Source: an uncultured delta proteobacterium
Lineage (GTDB): Bacteria > Desulfobacterota > RBG-13-43-22
Reading direction: 5' to 3'
DNA: 64,000 bases
Assembly (NCBI GenBank): GCA_963711835.1
Contig: CAVQFQ010000004.1
Span: 384,001-448,000 of the forward strand
The translations under genes were made by a program, and so were the position numbers. The notes below the pieces were generated by a model. It was not told where the DNA came from. It saw only the letters and a program-made list of their open reading frames with translations, and ran no database searches. Below, one piece after another: positions 19,116-29,253 of this stretch. How positions within the stretch are numbered: position 1 is the stretch's first letter; each line of letters starts with the position of its first letter.

Positions 19116-20153
19116 TCAGATCCAGGTAATCGTTTCCCCGTCCGGACTTTTGGGAAGGACCTCACCGATCAAATAACAGTGTTCGCCCTGCCCTTCCAGG
19201 TGAGCCATAATACCTTTGGTCTGGTCGTCGGGTACAATCAGGATCATTCCCAGACCGTTGTTAAAAACCTGCCTCATCTCATCGGCGGAGACCTTCCCCC
19301 ATTTTTGGATCAGGGTAAATATGGGGGGCACCCCCCAGGAATTTCGAACCAGCCGGGCCTGGCAATCTTTGGGCAGGACCCGCGGCAGATTCTCGGTTAG
19401 ACCGCCTCCGGTAATATGGGCCATCCCTTTTACGGCATATTTCCGGATCAGGGACAGGAGAGGCTTGACATAAATCCGGGTTGGGGTGAGCAATTCTTCC
19501 CCCAGGCTGCGCCCCAATTCCGGAAGGGTCTCCTGAAGGTCCAGCGGATGGTCCTGAAAAAAAATTTTCCTGACCAGCGAGAAGCCGTTGCTATGGAGTC
19601 CGGCGGAGGCCAATCCGATGATCCGGTCTCCCGGTCGAATCGCCGAGCCGTCTATGAGCTGTTTCCTTTCAACGATACCGACCACAAAACCCGCCAGGTC
19701 ATATTCCCCCAGCGGATAAAAGCCCGGCATTTCAGCCGTCTCACCCCCGAGCAGGGCGCACCCGGCCGTTCGGCAGCCCTGGACGATACCCTCGACAATA
19801 GCCGTGGAGGTTTCCAGATCCAATTTCCCCGTGGCCAGGTAATCCAAAAAGAAGAGTGGACGGGCTCCCTGAACTATAATATCATTGACGCACATAGCCA
19901 CCAGGTCGATGCCGACCGTGTTGTGGCGATTGAGGTCCTGGGCTATTCTAAGTTTGGTCCCCACCCCGTCCGTTGAGGAAACCAGAACCGGTTCGGCATA
20001 AGCGGAAGGGTCGAGCCGGAAAAGTCCGCTGAACCCCCCGATATCGGTAAGCACCTCAGGCGAATAGGTTTGCCGAATGAGGGGTTTGATCCGTTCCACA
20101 AACGTATTGCCCAGGGTAATATCAACTCCTGCTTTTTGATACAAGTCGGTCAT
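19116..20153 (-). CDS. purM: AIR synthetase
   Basis: TDGVGTKL, DLVAMCVNDI, GGETAEMPG, GLHSNGFSLVR, AHITGGG. Confidence 0.97.
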   Translation of the reverse strand: MTDLYQKAGVDITLGNTFVERIKPLIRQTYSPEVLTDIGGFSGLFRLDPSAYAEPVLVSSTDGVGTKLRIAQDLNRHNTVGIDLVAMCVNDIIVQGARPLFFLDYLATGKLDLETSTAIVEGIVQGCRTAGCALLGGETAEMPGFYPLGEYDLAGFVVGIVERKQLIDGSAIRPGDRIIGLASAGLHSNGFSLVRKIFFQDHPLDLQETLPELGRSLGEELLTPTRIYVKPLLSLIRKYAVKGMAHITGGGLTENLPRVLPKDCQARLVRNSWGVPPIFTLIQKWGKVSADEMRQVFNNGLGMILIVPDDQTKGIMAHLEGQGEHCYLIGEVLPKSPDGETITWI

Positions 20154-20214
20154 GGTTAAAGACGGGGGCCTTCCGCTGGCTGACCAGTTTTACGAAAATT
20201 AAAACGAATTGGGT

Positions 20215-20243
20215 AATTTAATAAATTAGAGAAGGAATGTCAA
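20215..20243 (-). promoter_or_regulatory. Sigma-70-type promoter for purM-rpmB
   Basis: TTGACA-17 nt-TAAATT on minus strand. Confidence 0.55.
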
Positions 20244-20250
20244 TCCTTAA

Positions 20251-20835
20251 ATGGCCACCCCCTACGGACATGCCCTGATGGGCCTAAGTCTTTTAAATCT
20301 TTGCTTTCCCCGGCCTGCGGCCCTGTCAAAACAATCCGGATTGATTATGGGCGGGACTCTCCTGGCCGCCCTTTTCCCGGACCTGGATTTTCTCCCCGGT
20401 ATCCTGATGGGAGATCCGGCCCGTTTTCACCATGGACCTTTTCACAGCCTGGGACTTGCCTTAGGGCTTTCGTTGATCGCCGGGATGATCTTCAAAGCCA
20501 TGAAAAAAGATTCCCCTTTTCTTAAGATCGCCGGGTTTGTTTTTTTGCTGGTCTTTTCCCATTTGATTTTGGATTACTACTGCGAAGACCTTAAATTCCC
20601 CTTTGGACTTCCCTTCTTCTGGCCCTTTTCAGACCAACTGGTTCTTTCCAGCCTCCCGATCATTCCTTATATGATCCGGGACATCGCCGTGCCCGAGTTC
20701 TGGAGTCAGAACAGTTTCGTCTTTCTTGTGGAAAGCCTTCTTCTCTGGCCCATCTATCTGGCCACCCGGCTGAGGCTTAAACGTTTTCAATTGGTCCGGG
20801 GAATTGGGGAGGTTGTTCCTGACCTCGAGAGGTGA
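20251..20835 (+). CDS. YdjM-like membrane metal-dependent hydrolase
   Basis: GH..., PDLD, HHGPFHS, SHLILD, FFWPFS motifs. Confidence 0.85.
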   Translation: MATPYGHALMGLSLLNLCFPRPAALSKQSGLIMGGTLLAALFPDLDFLPGILMGDPARFHHGPFHSLGLALGLSLIAGMIFKAMKKDSPFLKIAGFVFLLVFSHLILDYYCEDLKFPFGLPFFWPFSDQLVLSSLPIIPYMIRDIAVPEFWSQNSFVFLVESLLLWPIYLATRLRLKRFQLVRGIGEVVPDLER

Positions 20836-21391
20836 GTTCTTCTTCAGCCAATTTCAGGGCGGTTTGAGTAAAAAACCAACCGCGGTAGCGGGCCAAAAGA
20901 AACCGGTATAGCTCGTTCCGATCCAGGCCTTGCCTTTCAATCTCATTCCAGAATCCAAAGGGGGAAAAACGCCAGAGTTTGTCGGCATCTTTTACTAATT
21001 TCTCTTCCAGGGAATCGGCCTGGTCCCCGGAGTCATGCCGCTCGATCAGGAAAGCAATCCGTTCAATCCATTGGGGATTATAATTCAGGGATTGAAGAAC
21101 CTGACGGGCAATGGCCGCCCCTTCCAGTTCGTGGATCCGGTTAAGCCGCTCGGCTTCCTCCCCCCCGGCCCGAACCCCAAAGGCGATCCGGATCTGTAGG
21201 GGCGTCAGGTGCGACCAGCCCACATCATGCAGAATAACGGCCGGTTCCACGATAGACGATTCTCCCCCCTCTGCTTCCAATAGGCGCAAGGCATATCGGT
21301 GGGAAACTTGGGCATGGGGAAGATCCCCTCTTTGCTTTAAATAAGGTGCAGCCAGCCGGAAAAGCTCCCGGATGAATTCAGTCCAATCCAT
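20777..21391 (-). CDS. HD-domain phosphohydrolase (CreD-like)
   Basis: ILHDVGWS, HELEGAAIARQVL, IERHDS, VKDADKLWRF. Confidence 0.8.
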   Translation of the reverse strand: MDWTEFIRELFRLAAPYLKQRGDLPHAQVSHRYALRLLEAEGGESSIVEPAVILHDVGWSHLTPLQIRIAFGVRAGGEEAERLNRIHELEGAAIARQVLQSLNYNPQWIERIAFLIERHDSGDQADSLEEKLVKDADKLWRFSPFGFWNEIERQGLDRNELYRFLLARYRGWFFTQTALKLAEEELTSRGQEQPPQFPGPIENV

Positions 21392-21680
21392 GACGGGGAA
21401 AATACTATGGCAGCTAAAAGAAAACAAGGGAAAGATCCAAAAAGTTAGACTTGTATATCCAGGCGATATTTACTAAAATATCCCAGTTTTCCTTAATGGT
21501 GGCGCTGGTAGGTCTTATATCAACGAGGACTAAAATTCAAAAGTACCGACTTTCTCGTTAAGGGTTAACCGGCAAAGATCTTTCCGGCCTTGGCAAATTT
21601 TTTTCCGGGGTAATCATCAGTCGAATAGGTCCCCTTCAAAATAACACTCTGAATTCAATCAGTTTTCTTTTTGCAGTTTT

Positions 21681-21696
21681 TGGCATTGAACTTGCC
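21681..21696 (+). promoter_or_regulatory. Sigma-54 (-24/-12) promoter
   Basis: TGGCATTGAACTTGC, with canonical GG-N10-GC spacing, ~60 nt upstream of the SDR gene. Confidence 0.75.
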
Positions 21697-21754
21697 TTAT
21701 TAACGAAAAAAGATTATTCTCCCCCTGTTTTGCGGAATAAAGGAAGGAAGCCCC

Positions 21755-22507
21755 ATGCGTCTAACGGATAAAGTGGCTGTAGTGACCGGTGCGGCTAAGG
21801 GCCTGGGCCGGGCATTTTGCCTGGGTTTGGTCAGGGAAGGGGCCCGAATCATGGCCGTGACCCGCAAGGATCTGAACAACCTGGAGCAAACCGTCCGGAT
21901 GATCCGTTCCCTGGGCGGGGAAGCCGAAATGATTCAAGCTGATGTGGCCGTGGAGGAAGACACCCTGGCCATGGCCCAGGAAACGTTCAAGAAATTTGGC
22001 CGCCTCGATATCCTGCTCAACAATGCGGCTATTTACGACGGGATCAAAAGAAAGCCCTTTTTTGAGATTGACCTGGCGGAATGGGATCTGGTTATGAACG
22101 TGAATGTCAAAGGGGCTTTTTTATCCACCCGGGCCGTCTTTCCCTTCATGAAAGAGCAGGGATACGGAAAGATTATAAATCTGGCTTCGGAAGTTTTCTT
22201 TACGGGATCCAATGGTTTTGCCCATTATGTGGCCTCCAAAGGGGGTATTATCGGTCTGACCCGAGCCCTGGCGGTGGAACTGGGGCCGCATAATATCTGT
22301 ATCAACTGTATTGCCCCCGGTTTCACCGATACCGAAGCCAGCCGGGGACTGGCCGATGTCTCCAAATACGATGTTTCCAAGACGCCCCTGAACAGGCTGG
22401 AAAAGCCGGAAGATCTGGTAGGGGCCGCCCTTTTCCTGGCTTCCCCGGAAAGTGATTTTATTACCGGGCAGACCCTGTTGATCGACGGGGGACGGGCCAT
22501 GCATTAG
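21755..22507 (+). CDS. Short-chain dehydrogenase/reductase
   Basis: TGAAKGLG, NNAA, YVASKGG, CIAPG, ITGQTLLIDGG. Confidence 0.93.
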   Translation: MRLTDKVAVVTGAAKGLGRAFCLGLVREGARIMAVTRKDLNNLEQTVRMIRSLGGEAEMIQADVAVEEDTLAMAQETFKKFGRLDILLNNAAIYDGIKRKPFFEIDLAEWDLVMNVNVKGAFLSTRAVFPFMKEQGYGKIINLASEVFFTGSNGFAHYVASKGGIIGLTRALAVELGPHNICINCIAPGFTDTEASRGLADVSKYDVSKTPLNRLEKPEDLVGAALFLASPESDFITGQTLLIDGGRAMH

Positions 22508-22515
22508 CCGGAAAT

Positions 22516-22722
22516 AAAAATTCGAAATCCGAAGCACGAAATTCGAAACAAGCACCAATGTCCAAATGATCAAAACATCTCCCCCTCCCTTGATCCCGCC
22601 CTGCGGCGGGACAGGCTCCGGGGGTTGGGGGGTGGGTGAATCCCGGAACTTCCACCCACCCTGCTCCATCTCCCTACTTCCTTTCCAGGGCAGGCGCCAT
22701 CTCCGGAGAGGAAAGGGTTTAC
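22516..22722. repeat. Cluster of short repeats and REP-like hairpins inside the operon
   Basis: AAATTCGAAATCCGAAGCACGAAATTCGAAAC heptamer-type repeats, then GC-rich palindromes such as TCCCGCC-CTGC-GGCGGGA. Confidence 0.55.
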
Positions 22723-22806
22723 CGGCAACGCAGCACAACGATCGGGCAGAATCCTGGTCTCTTTCTCGAGAGACCTTAATAATAACCCCCAAAAGGAGGA
22801 GGAACC

Positions 22807-24489
22807 ATGAAAGTGTATGATGTCGTCCCCGGTTTGGAATTTGAACCCGAAAGAGATTTTGCCCAATCACCCGCCTGGTTTTTGGACGGCACCCATTCCG
22901 TCCCGCCCTGGACCCCCATGTTTGGTTGGTTTTGGATCAACTTCTGCCGTCACGGTATGCAGTACGGGGCGGAAAAGCTGAGCCTGCCGACGGTTAAGGG
23001 CTGGGATTGGCGTTTCCATAATGGGGGTGGGTACCTGACTTTGTTGCTGGTCCACAGTGAGGAAGAAAAACAAAGAAGAGAGACGGAATTTCGTAAGGCC
23101 ATCCTCCCTTTTATTGAAGATTATGACGGGTTGTGGGGAGGATTTGTCAAGGAGATTTTAGGGCGCTATGAAAAGTTAAAGGCCCTGGATCCGGACCAGG
23201 CTTCCAACATCGAACTCTTGGACAATTTTGAAGAGACGATTAATACCTGCCGACGTATGTGGGAAATCCACATGTACATGATGTACGGCACTTATACGGC
23301 CTATATCCTTTTTGAAAACATGTGCCGGGACCTGGCCGGAATCGACGATACCTCACCGCTCTTTCATAACCTGGTCTCGGGTTTTGACAATAAGGTCTTC
23401 CAGGTGGATCGCCGCCTCTGGGAGTTTTCCAAAAGAGCCCGGGAGGACGGATTGGCCGAACTCTTCCTGGGAAGCAAGCCCACTGAAATCCAGGGCCGTC
23501 TCCAGGAATCATCCAAGGGCAGAGAATTCATGAAAGCTTTTATGGCCTTCATGAATGAGGACGGCTGGCGCATGCAGCGTATGTCCGAGATGAACATGCC
23601 TACCTGGGTAGAAGATCCCACCCCGGCCTTGGTCAATGTGAAACAGTTTCTCCAGAAGGGCGGAGGCTTTAACCTCGACGAGGAGAGGAGTAAAATTACC
23701 GAACAGCGGAAAAAGGCGGAAAAAGAGGTTTTGGCCAAGGTTCCCCAGGAGCAGCGAGGCTGGTTTGGCCGCTTGATGCTTTTGGCCCAAAAGAGCGGGG
23801 TCTTCAGCGAAGAACATGATCATTATCTGGATCTCTATACCCATGCCATGATGCGTCGAAGCGCCTTGGGTCTGGGACGGCGTTTCGCCCAGAAAGGGAC
23901 CCTCAACGAGGCCGAAGATATGTTTTTCCTCATCCCCGATGAGGTTCGCCGGGCCGGGATCAACCCCGATCAATTTGATTTGCGCTACATTGTGGATCGT
24001 CGAAAAGCGGATTGGCAGGAGTGGCAAAAGACCCCCAATCCACCGGCCTTCTTAAAGGAGGGCTTTGATCTGGATATGGCCATGGGGGTCCTGGTTCAAT
24101 CCATGGATCCTATCGCCCTTAAGGTAGTGGTCGGTTCCATGCCCCAGGTCCGTCCGGAGCTCAAGGCCGACCTCTATGGGACCTGCGGTTCCCCCGGAGT
24201 GGCCGAAGGCCCGGCCCGGGTGATCCTGAACGAAGACGAACTCCACCTGGTCGAAGAAGGAGATATCCTGGTAGCGGCCAGTACCTCGCCCAGTTGGACC
24301 CCGGTATTTTCCATGATCAAAGGCGTGGTCGTTGACCGCGGGGCCAGCCTTTCCCATGCCGCCATTGTGGGAAGGGAATACGGTATCCCGGTGGTCATGA
24401 ATGTCTTTGAGGGTACGGCCAAGATCAAGTCCGGTCAGCGGATCAAGGTCGATGCCAACCTGGGGGCCGTGTTTATTCTGGACAAGTAA
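22807..24489 (+). CDS. PEP-utilising phosphohistidine subunit (phenylphosphate synthase alpha/CreH-like)
   Basis: C-terminal swivel domain GSPGVAEGPARV..TSPSWTPVF..GASLSHAAIVGREYGIP; long substrate-binding N-terminus (WFLDGTH). Confidence 0.85.
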   Translation: MKVYDVVPGLEFEPERDFAQSPAWFLDGTHSVPPWTPMFGWFWINFCRHGMQYGAEKLSLPTVKGWDWRFHNGGGYLTLLLVHSEEEKQRRETEFRKAILPFIEDYDGLWGGFVKEILGRYEKLKALDPDQASNIELLDNFEETINTCRRMWEIHMYMMYGTYTAYILFENMCRDLAGIDDTSPLFHNLVSGFDNKVFQVDRRLWEFSKRAREDGLAELFLGSKPTEIQGRLQESSKGREFMKAFMAFMNEDGWRMQRMSEMNMPTWVEDPTPALVNVKQFLQKGGGFNLDEERSKITEQRKKAEKEVLAKVPQEQRGWFGRLMLLAQKSGVFSEEHDHYLDLYTHAMMRRSALGLGRRFAQKGTLNEAEDMFFLIPDEVRRAGINPDQFDLRYIVDRRKADWQEWQKTPNPPAFLKEGFDLDMAMGVLVQSMDPIALKVVVGSMPQVRPELKADLYGTCGSPGVAEGPARVILNEDELHLVEEGDILVAASTSPSWTPVFSMIKGVVVDRGASLSHAAIVGREYGIPVVMNVFEGTAKIKSGQRIKVDANLGAVFILDK

Positions 24490-24552
24490 AAACCTTTGGG
24501 GACCTTTCCTTCCCTGCCCTGGGGAGGGAAAGGTCTTCCAGGAGCAGATTCC

Positions 24553-25578
24553 ATGAGCGATAAATGGATCTTTTGGTTTGAGGAACTGGGGACCGGGGAC
24601 AACGACCGGGTAGGGAAAAAATGCGCCAACCTGGGGGAGATGACCCGACTGGGCCTGCGCATTCCCCCCGGATTCGCTATTTCCATAGACGGGTACGAAC
24701 GATTTATGGCCGAAACCGGGGCCGGCGAGGAGATTCGGCGCTATGTCCGGGAAAACCGGGATCATTTAAAGGAAGTCAAAAATCAAATAATAGCCAGCCA
24801 GGCTATCCGGAACATTATTGAGTCCAAAGAAATGCCCCCGGATATGCGGGAGGAGTTATTCCGGTATTACGACCAGTTGAAAGAACGGGCCGAAGCCCAG
24901 GAGCTTTCGGTGGCCGTCCGGTCCAGCGGGGCGGTCAGCATGCCCGGCCAGATGGAGAGTTATCTCAATGTCCGCTGGAAGGAATCGGTACTCCAAAAAG
25001 TGATCCAGGTCTGGGGAAGCGCCTTCACCACCCGGGCCATAGCCTTTCGGCTGGAGAAAGGGATGGCCATGGAAAAAGCTCCGATCGGCATCGCTGTCCT
25101 GAAGATGGTCGAGGCCAAGTCCGCCGGCGTGGTCCTGACGGTCTTACCTACGATCGGAGACCTTTCGAAGGTGGTCGTGGAAGGTAACTGGGGTTTGGGT
25201 GAGAGTGTGGTCAGCGGAGAGGTTAACCCCGATCAGTTTATCGTGGATAAAAACGACGGGACGGTGGAAATTACCGTCAATCGTAAAACCAAGATGGTTG
25301 TTTATCATGATGGGGGGACCGTCACCGCCCAGGTTCCGGCTGAGATCCAGGAAAAGCCCTGTGTCGATCCGGAAGAATTGAAAGAAATCGTGCGGATTGC
25401 CAAACAAGTGGAGGACCATTTTCAAACGCCTCAGGATATGGAATGGGTCCTGGATCGTTTTCAATCCATTCCTGATAGTCTTTATTGGGTCCAGGCCCGG
25501 CCGGCTAAATACGCCCAGGTCAAAGAAAAGGAATCCGAATATCTGGCTGAGCTGATGACCCGCCTGTTTAAGTGGTAA
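24553..25578 (+). CDS. ATP-binding PEP-synthase-like subunit (phenylphosphate synthase beta/CreI-like)
   Basis: VGKKCANLGEM, VAVRSS, PGQMESYLNV, EGNWGLGESVVSGE, PQDMEW, VQARP. Confidence 0.85.
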   Translation: MSDKWIFWFEELGTGDNDRVGKKCANLGEMTRLGLRIPPGFAISIDGYERFMAETGAGEEIRRYVRENRDHLKEVKNQIIASQAIRNIIESKEMPPDMREELFRYYDQLKERAEAQELSVAVRSSGAVSMPGQMESYLNVRWKESVLQKVIQVWGSAFTTRAIAFRLEKGMAMEKAPIGIAVLKMVEAKSAGVVLTVLPTIGDLSKVVVEGNWGLGESVVSGEVNPDQFIVDKNDGTVEITVNRKTKMVVYHDGGTVTAQVPAEIQEKPCVDPEELKEIVRIAKQVEDHFQTPQDMEWVLDRFQSIPDSLYWVQARPAKYAQVKEKESEYLAELMTRLFKW

Positions 25579-25609
25579 TTCCTTTCGTCAGGCCGGAAAA
25601 GGAGAAACG

Positions 25610-26269
25610 ATGGCCATGCTGTTCACGCAATATTGGGATGTGATTCCCGGTAAATTTGAGGAATATACGTCTTTTGTTACCCATGAGTACATCCCATCCC
25701 TGCAAAAACTGGGGATTCGATTGGTAGGCGGCTATTATGTGGCGGTGGGGGAAGGTCCCAGGATTGTGGCCGTGGCCACGGTAGATGAAACCGAAAATTT
25801 GCGCCAGACCCTTTCTTCCCGGGAGTACGGGATCCTTTCGACCAAATTGCTCCAATATGTCTGGAAGTATTCCAATAGAGTCTATGTGCCCAGCGGTCAC
25901 ATCCAGGAAGGACCTTATCGCATTCAGACCGGGGTCTGGAAATTCAACCAGTATTATAATATCCTCCGGGGCAAGGAAGAGGAACATTTCAAATTTGTCA
26001 AGGAAGAGTGTCTTCCGGGGATGGAAGAACTAAAGGTCCCCATCACCGGAGGCTGGCGTCTGATCGTCGGCAACGGGCCAAGGATCCTGGCTGAATCTAC
26101 CGGTCGAAGTATTGTCGATATCGCTAAAGCCATCGACACCTCCCTCTTCAGAAAACTGGTCCGCACCCTTAAAAATCAGTACGCCACGGATTACAGCAGT
26201 CGTATCCTGGCCCCCACCGGAAGAATCGAAGTACCCTATCTGATGAGTGAGATGATGAAAAAGTTCTAG
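25610..26269 (+). CDS. Hypothetical protein with two internal alpha/beta (NIPSNAP-like) repeats
   Basis: Two similar halves (QYWDVIPGK..VGEGPRIVA / QYYNILRGK..VGNGPRILA); AGGAG RBS. Confidence 0.65.
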   Translation: MAMLFTQYWDVIPGKFEEYTSFVTHEYIPSLQKLGIRLVGGYYVAVGEGPRIVAVATVDETENLRQTLSSREYGILSTKLLQYVWKYSNRVYVPSGHIQEGPYRIQTGVWKFNQYYNILRGKEEEHFKFVKEECLPGMEELKVPITGGWRLIVGNGPRILAESTGRSIVDIAKAIDTSLFRKLVRTLKNQYATDYSSRILAPTGRIEVPYLMSEMMKKF

Positions 26270-26291
26270 GTGTGAGACGGAGAAGGTTTTC

Positions 26292-28232
26292 ATGATGCCG
26301 GAGAGGCCCATCTATTGGAAGATCGGGGAAGTCTGGGTCTTTTATGTCCTGGCGGCCCTGGCTACCGGTCTGCTCTTGATCGGGCTGGCCGCTCACCTCC
26401 GGGTCTGGCTGAAAAGCGCCCCCGGGAGTCGGACAGCTTTTTCGAGACAAGCTCTGAAACAAGCCCTTTTGGACACCTTCCTGGGCCTGACCGTGTTCAA
26501 GGGGGACCGGCCGGCCGGCCTGATGCATTTATTGATATTCTGGGGATTTGTCATTCTGTTTGTCGGCACTTCCTTGCTGGCCGTACACGAGTATTGGTCT
26601 TCCTTTCTGGTGGGGAAGGGCCATCTCCTTTTTGAAGTCTCCATGGAAGTCGGGGGGCTTATCCTTCTGGCCGGGATTATCTGGGCCCTGGTTCGCCGAT
26701 ATATCCAACGTATCCCGAGGCTGGAGCGCCATTTGGAAGATGCGCTGGTGCCCATCGGATTGCTGCTGGTGGTTTGCTCGGGCTTCCTGCTGGAAGGGAT
26801 ACGATTGGCCGCTCAAAGGCCTCCCTGGGGCTATTGGTCCTTTGTCGGCTCATGGATCGCCGGTTTCGTCCCGGAGAGGGCGGCGGTCTCGGCCTATCCC
26901 TATCTTTGGTGGGGTCACGCCCTGATGAGTCTGGGGTTGGTGGCCCTGATCCCCTTCACCAAGCTCTTTCATCTGGTGGGAGGACCGGCGGCTTTTTACC
27001 TTCATCGGGCGGCCAAAGAGTCCGGAGGGACCGCTTCTTCTTCACCGGAAGAAGAGGAGGCCTTAAAACTGGAAGAAGTCGTCTTCTATGATGCCTGCAT
27101 GCGCTGCGGGCGTTGTGTCCAGGCCTGTCCTTCGACCGGTGCGGGCGAGCCTTTTGCACCCCGGGAATTTGTCCAGGCCACGCGCCAGGTCCTCTGGCGG
27201 GAACATTCCCCGGTCGGCGATATCCGGTTTCTAAATCCAACTCAGTCGCTCGACAGTAAAACGGCCTGGTATTGCACGACCTGCGCCGCCTGTCTGGAAG
27301 TCTGCCCAATATACGGCGCCCCCCTCGAGGCCGTGGCCAAAAAACGGGTCCTGCTGGTTGAAGAGGGGAAAGACGTGCCGGATCTTATGAACCAGACCCT
27401 GGAAAGGCTTTTTAAATATGAGAATCCCTGGGTGGCGTCCAAGCGGGAAAGGGCTGTCTGGGCCAAGGGCCTGGATATCCCGGTCCTGACCCCGGGCGGG
27501 AAAGAGGCGCCGCTTTGCTATTTTGTCGGCTGCACCACCTCCTTCGACGCGAGAGCCCAGGAGATCGCCAGGGCCTTCACGACCATCCTGAAGCGGGCCG
27601 GGGTGCCTTTCGGGATTCTGGCCGAAAAGGAGCCCTGTTGCGGGGATATCGCCCGCGTGGTGGGAGAATCGGGTCTATTTCAGGAGAAGATGGAAAACTG
27701 CTTAGACCTTTTTGGCCAGTTTGGCCTGGAGCAGGTGGTAACCTCCTCGCCCCATTGCTTCCACACCTTTCTTAATAACTATTCAGGAAGGCCTTTTGGA
27801 GTACGGCCCTATCCTCTGGTTTTAAGGGAGCTTATCGCCGAGGGACGGCTCCGGTTAAAAAAGCCTGCGAAGTTTGCGGTGACCTATCATGATCCCTGCT
27901 ATCTCGGGCGACACCATCGCATCTTTGAGGAGCCCCGGGAAATTATTCGCTCCATCCCCGGCACGAAATTAATAGAAATGACGCATCATGGTGCTGACAG
28001 CCTCTGCTGCGGCGGAGGGGGCGGAAGGATGTGGCAGGGGCAAGAACTGCATGGTGAGGCCCGAATGAGCGAAATCAGAATCAGAGAAGCACAGGCCAGC
28101 GGGGCCGAGATCCTGATAACGGCCTGTCCCCTGTGTCTCATCATGCTGGAAGATGCTTCCAAGACCCTGGATTTGGAAGGTAAACTGAGGGTAATGGATT
28201 TAAATGAGCTGGTTTTGCTGTCTTTGGAATAG
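26292..28232 (+). CDS. Membrane-bound Fe-S oxidoreductase (NarI-like TM, 2x4Fe-4S, CCG domains), probable ETF partner
   Basis: CMRCGRCVQACP, CTTCAACLEVCP, CCGD, YHDPCYLGR, CCGGGGG; hydrophobic N-terminal half. Confidence 0.88.
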   Translation: MMPERPIYWKIGEVWVFYVLAALATGLLLIGLAAHLRVWLKSAPGSRTAFSRQALKQALLDTFLGLTVFKGDRPAGLMHLLIFWGFVILFVGTSLLAVHEYWSSFLVGKGHLLFEVSMEVGGLILLAGIIWALVRRYIQRIPRLERHLEDALVPIGLLLVVCSGFLLEGIRLAAQRPPWGYWSFVGSWIAGFVPERAAVSAYPYLWWGHALMSLGLVALIPFTKLFHLVGGPAAFYLHRAAKESGGTASSSPEEEEALKLEEVVFYDACMRCGRCVQACPSTGAGEPFAPREFVQATRQVLWREHSPVGDIRFLNPTQSLDSKTAWYCTTCAACLEVCPIYGAPLEAVAKKRVLLVEEGKDVPDLMNQTLERLFKYENPWVASKRERAVWAKGLDIPVLTPGGKEAPLCYFVGCTTSFDARAQEIARAFTTILKRAGVPFGILAEKEPCCGDIARVVGESGLFQEKMENCLDLFGQFGLEQVVTSSPHCFHTFLNNYSGRPFGVRPYPLVLRELIAEGRLRLKKPAKFAVTYHDPCYLGRHHRIFEEPREIIRSIPGTKLIEMTHHGADSLCCGGGGGRMWQGQELHGEARMSEIRIREAQASGAEILITACPLCLIMLEDASKTLDLEGKLRVMDLNELVLLSLE

Positions 28233-28263
28233 AAATAATCCAAAATAGAAAGGTTACCTGGCG

Positions 28264-29253
28264 ATGATGGAGATTTTACTGTTGGTTGAGGCCAAAGAAG
28301 GACACCTGGATAAGACGACCCTGGAACTGATACGAGGGGGAAGCGACCTGGCTAAGGATCTGGATATTGGCACCTCCGCCGTAGTGGTCGGAGATGAGAC
28401 CTCCCGATTAGCGGACTCTGTGGCCTCCTATGGATTAAAGAAGATCTACAAGCTGGAACATCCTTTGTTGAAAGGCTTCCAGCCTGAGGCCTGGGTAGGG
28501 GCATTGGAGTGGTTATGCCGGCAAATAACGCCCGGGATATTTCTCATCAGTCACTCCTTCGTCGGCAAGGAAGTAGCGCCCAGGCTGGCCTATCGGTTGA
28601 ATACGGAACTCACCACCGATTGCCTGGGCCTGAGGATCGATCCCCAGGACGGCCTGCTTATTCGCACCAAGCCCATTTACGGGGGCAACGCTATCGCCCT
28701 TTTGAAGTGTGCCGGCCTGCCTCAGATGGTCACCGTTAGAAAAAATTGCTTTGGGCCCATGGAGAAAGTCACGACGCAGAGTGATCTGGTGGCTATGGTT
28801 CCTGCGCTGGATGAATCCCTAATCAAGGTTAAATCACTGAAGACGGTAAAAGAAGAAGTCGTCGAATTGGACAAAGCCAATATGGTCATAGCGGGTGGAA
28901 GAGGGATCGTGGCCAAAGAGGATTTTGAAATGCTGGGCGCTTTGGCCCAGGCGCTGAGCAAATCCCAGGGGAAGGTGATGATCGGCTGCAGCCGACCGGT
29001 GGTAGATAAATGTTGGCTGTCCTCCGACCGCCAGGTAGGCTTGACCGGTTCGATCATTGCCCCGGATACCTATATGGCCGTAGGGATATCCGGAGCCATT
29101 CAACATCTGGTGGGTATGATAAGGTCCAAGAGGATCATCGCCATCAATACCGACCCCGGCTGCAATATGTTTAAAGTAGCCGATGTGGGCGTTGTGGAGG
29201 ATTATAAGGCGCTCATCCCGGCTTTGGTAAAAAAATTGGAGGAGCTGGCATGA
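28264..29253 (+). CDS. etfA: Electron transfer flavoprotein alpha
   Basis: RQVGLTG, AVGISGAIQHLVGM, IIAINTD. Confidence 0.93.
   Translation: MMEILLLVEAKEGHLDKTTLELIRGGSDLAKDLDIGTSAVVVGDETSRLADSVASYGLKKIYKLEHPLLKGFQPEAWVGALEWLCRQITPGIFLISHSFVGKEVAPRLAYRLNTELTTDCLGLRIDPQDGLLIRTKPIYGGNAIALLKCAGLPQMVTVRKNCFGPMEKVTTQSDLVAMVPALDESLIKVKSLKTVKEEVVELDKANMVIAGGRGIVAKEDFEMLGALAQALSKSQGKVMIGCSRPVVDKCWLSSDRQVGLTGSIIAPDTYMAVGISGAIQHLVGMIRSKRIIAINTDPGCNMFKVADVGVVEDYKALIPALVKKLEELA

Noticed and set aside
22807-25578. Ordinary PEP synthase or pyruvate phosphate dikinase
   Set aside because: Split architecture with the His domain at the C-terminus of a separate subunit and no pyruvate-binding TIM barrel.
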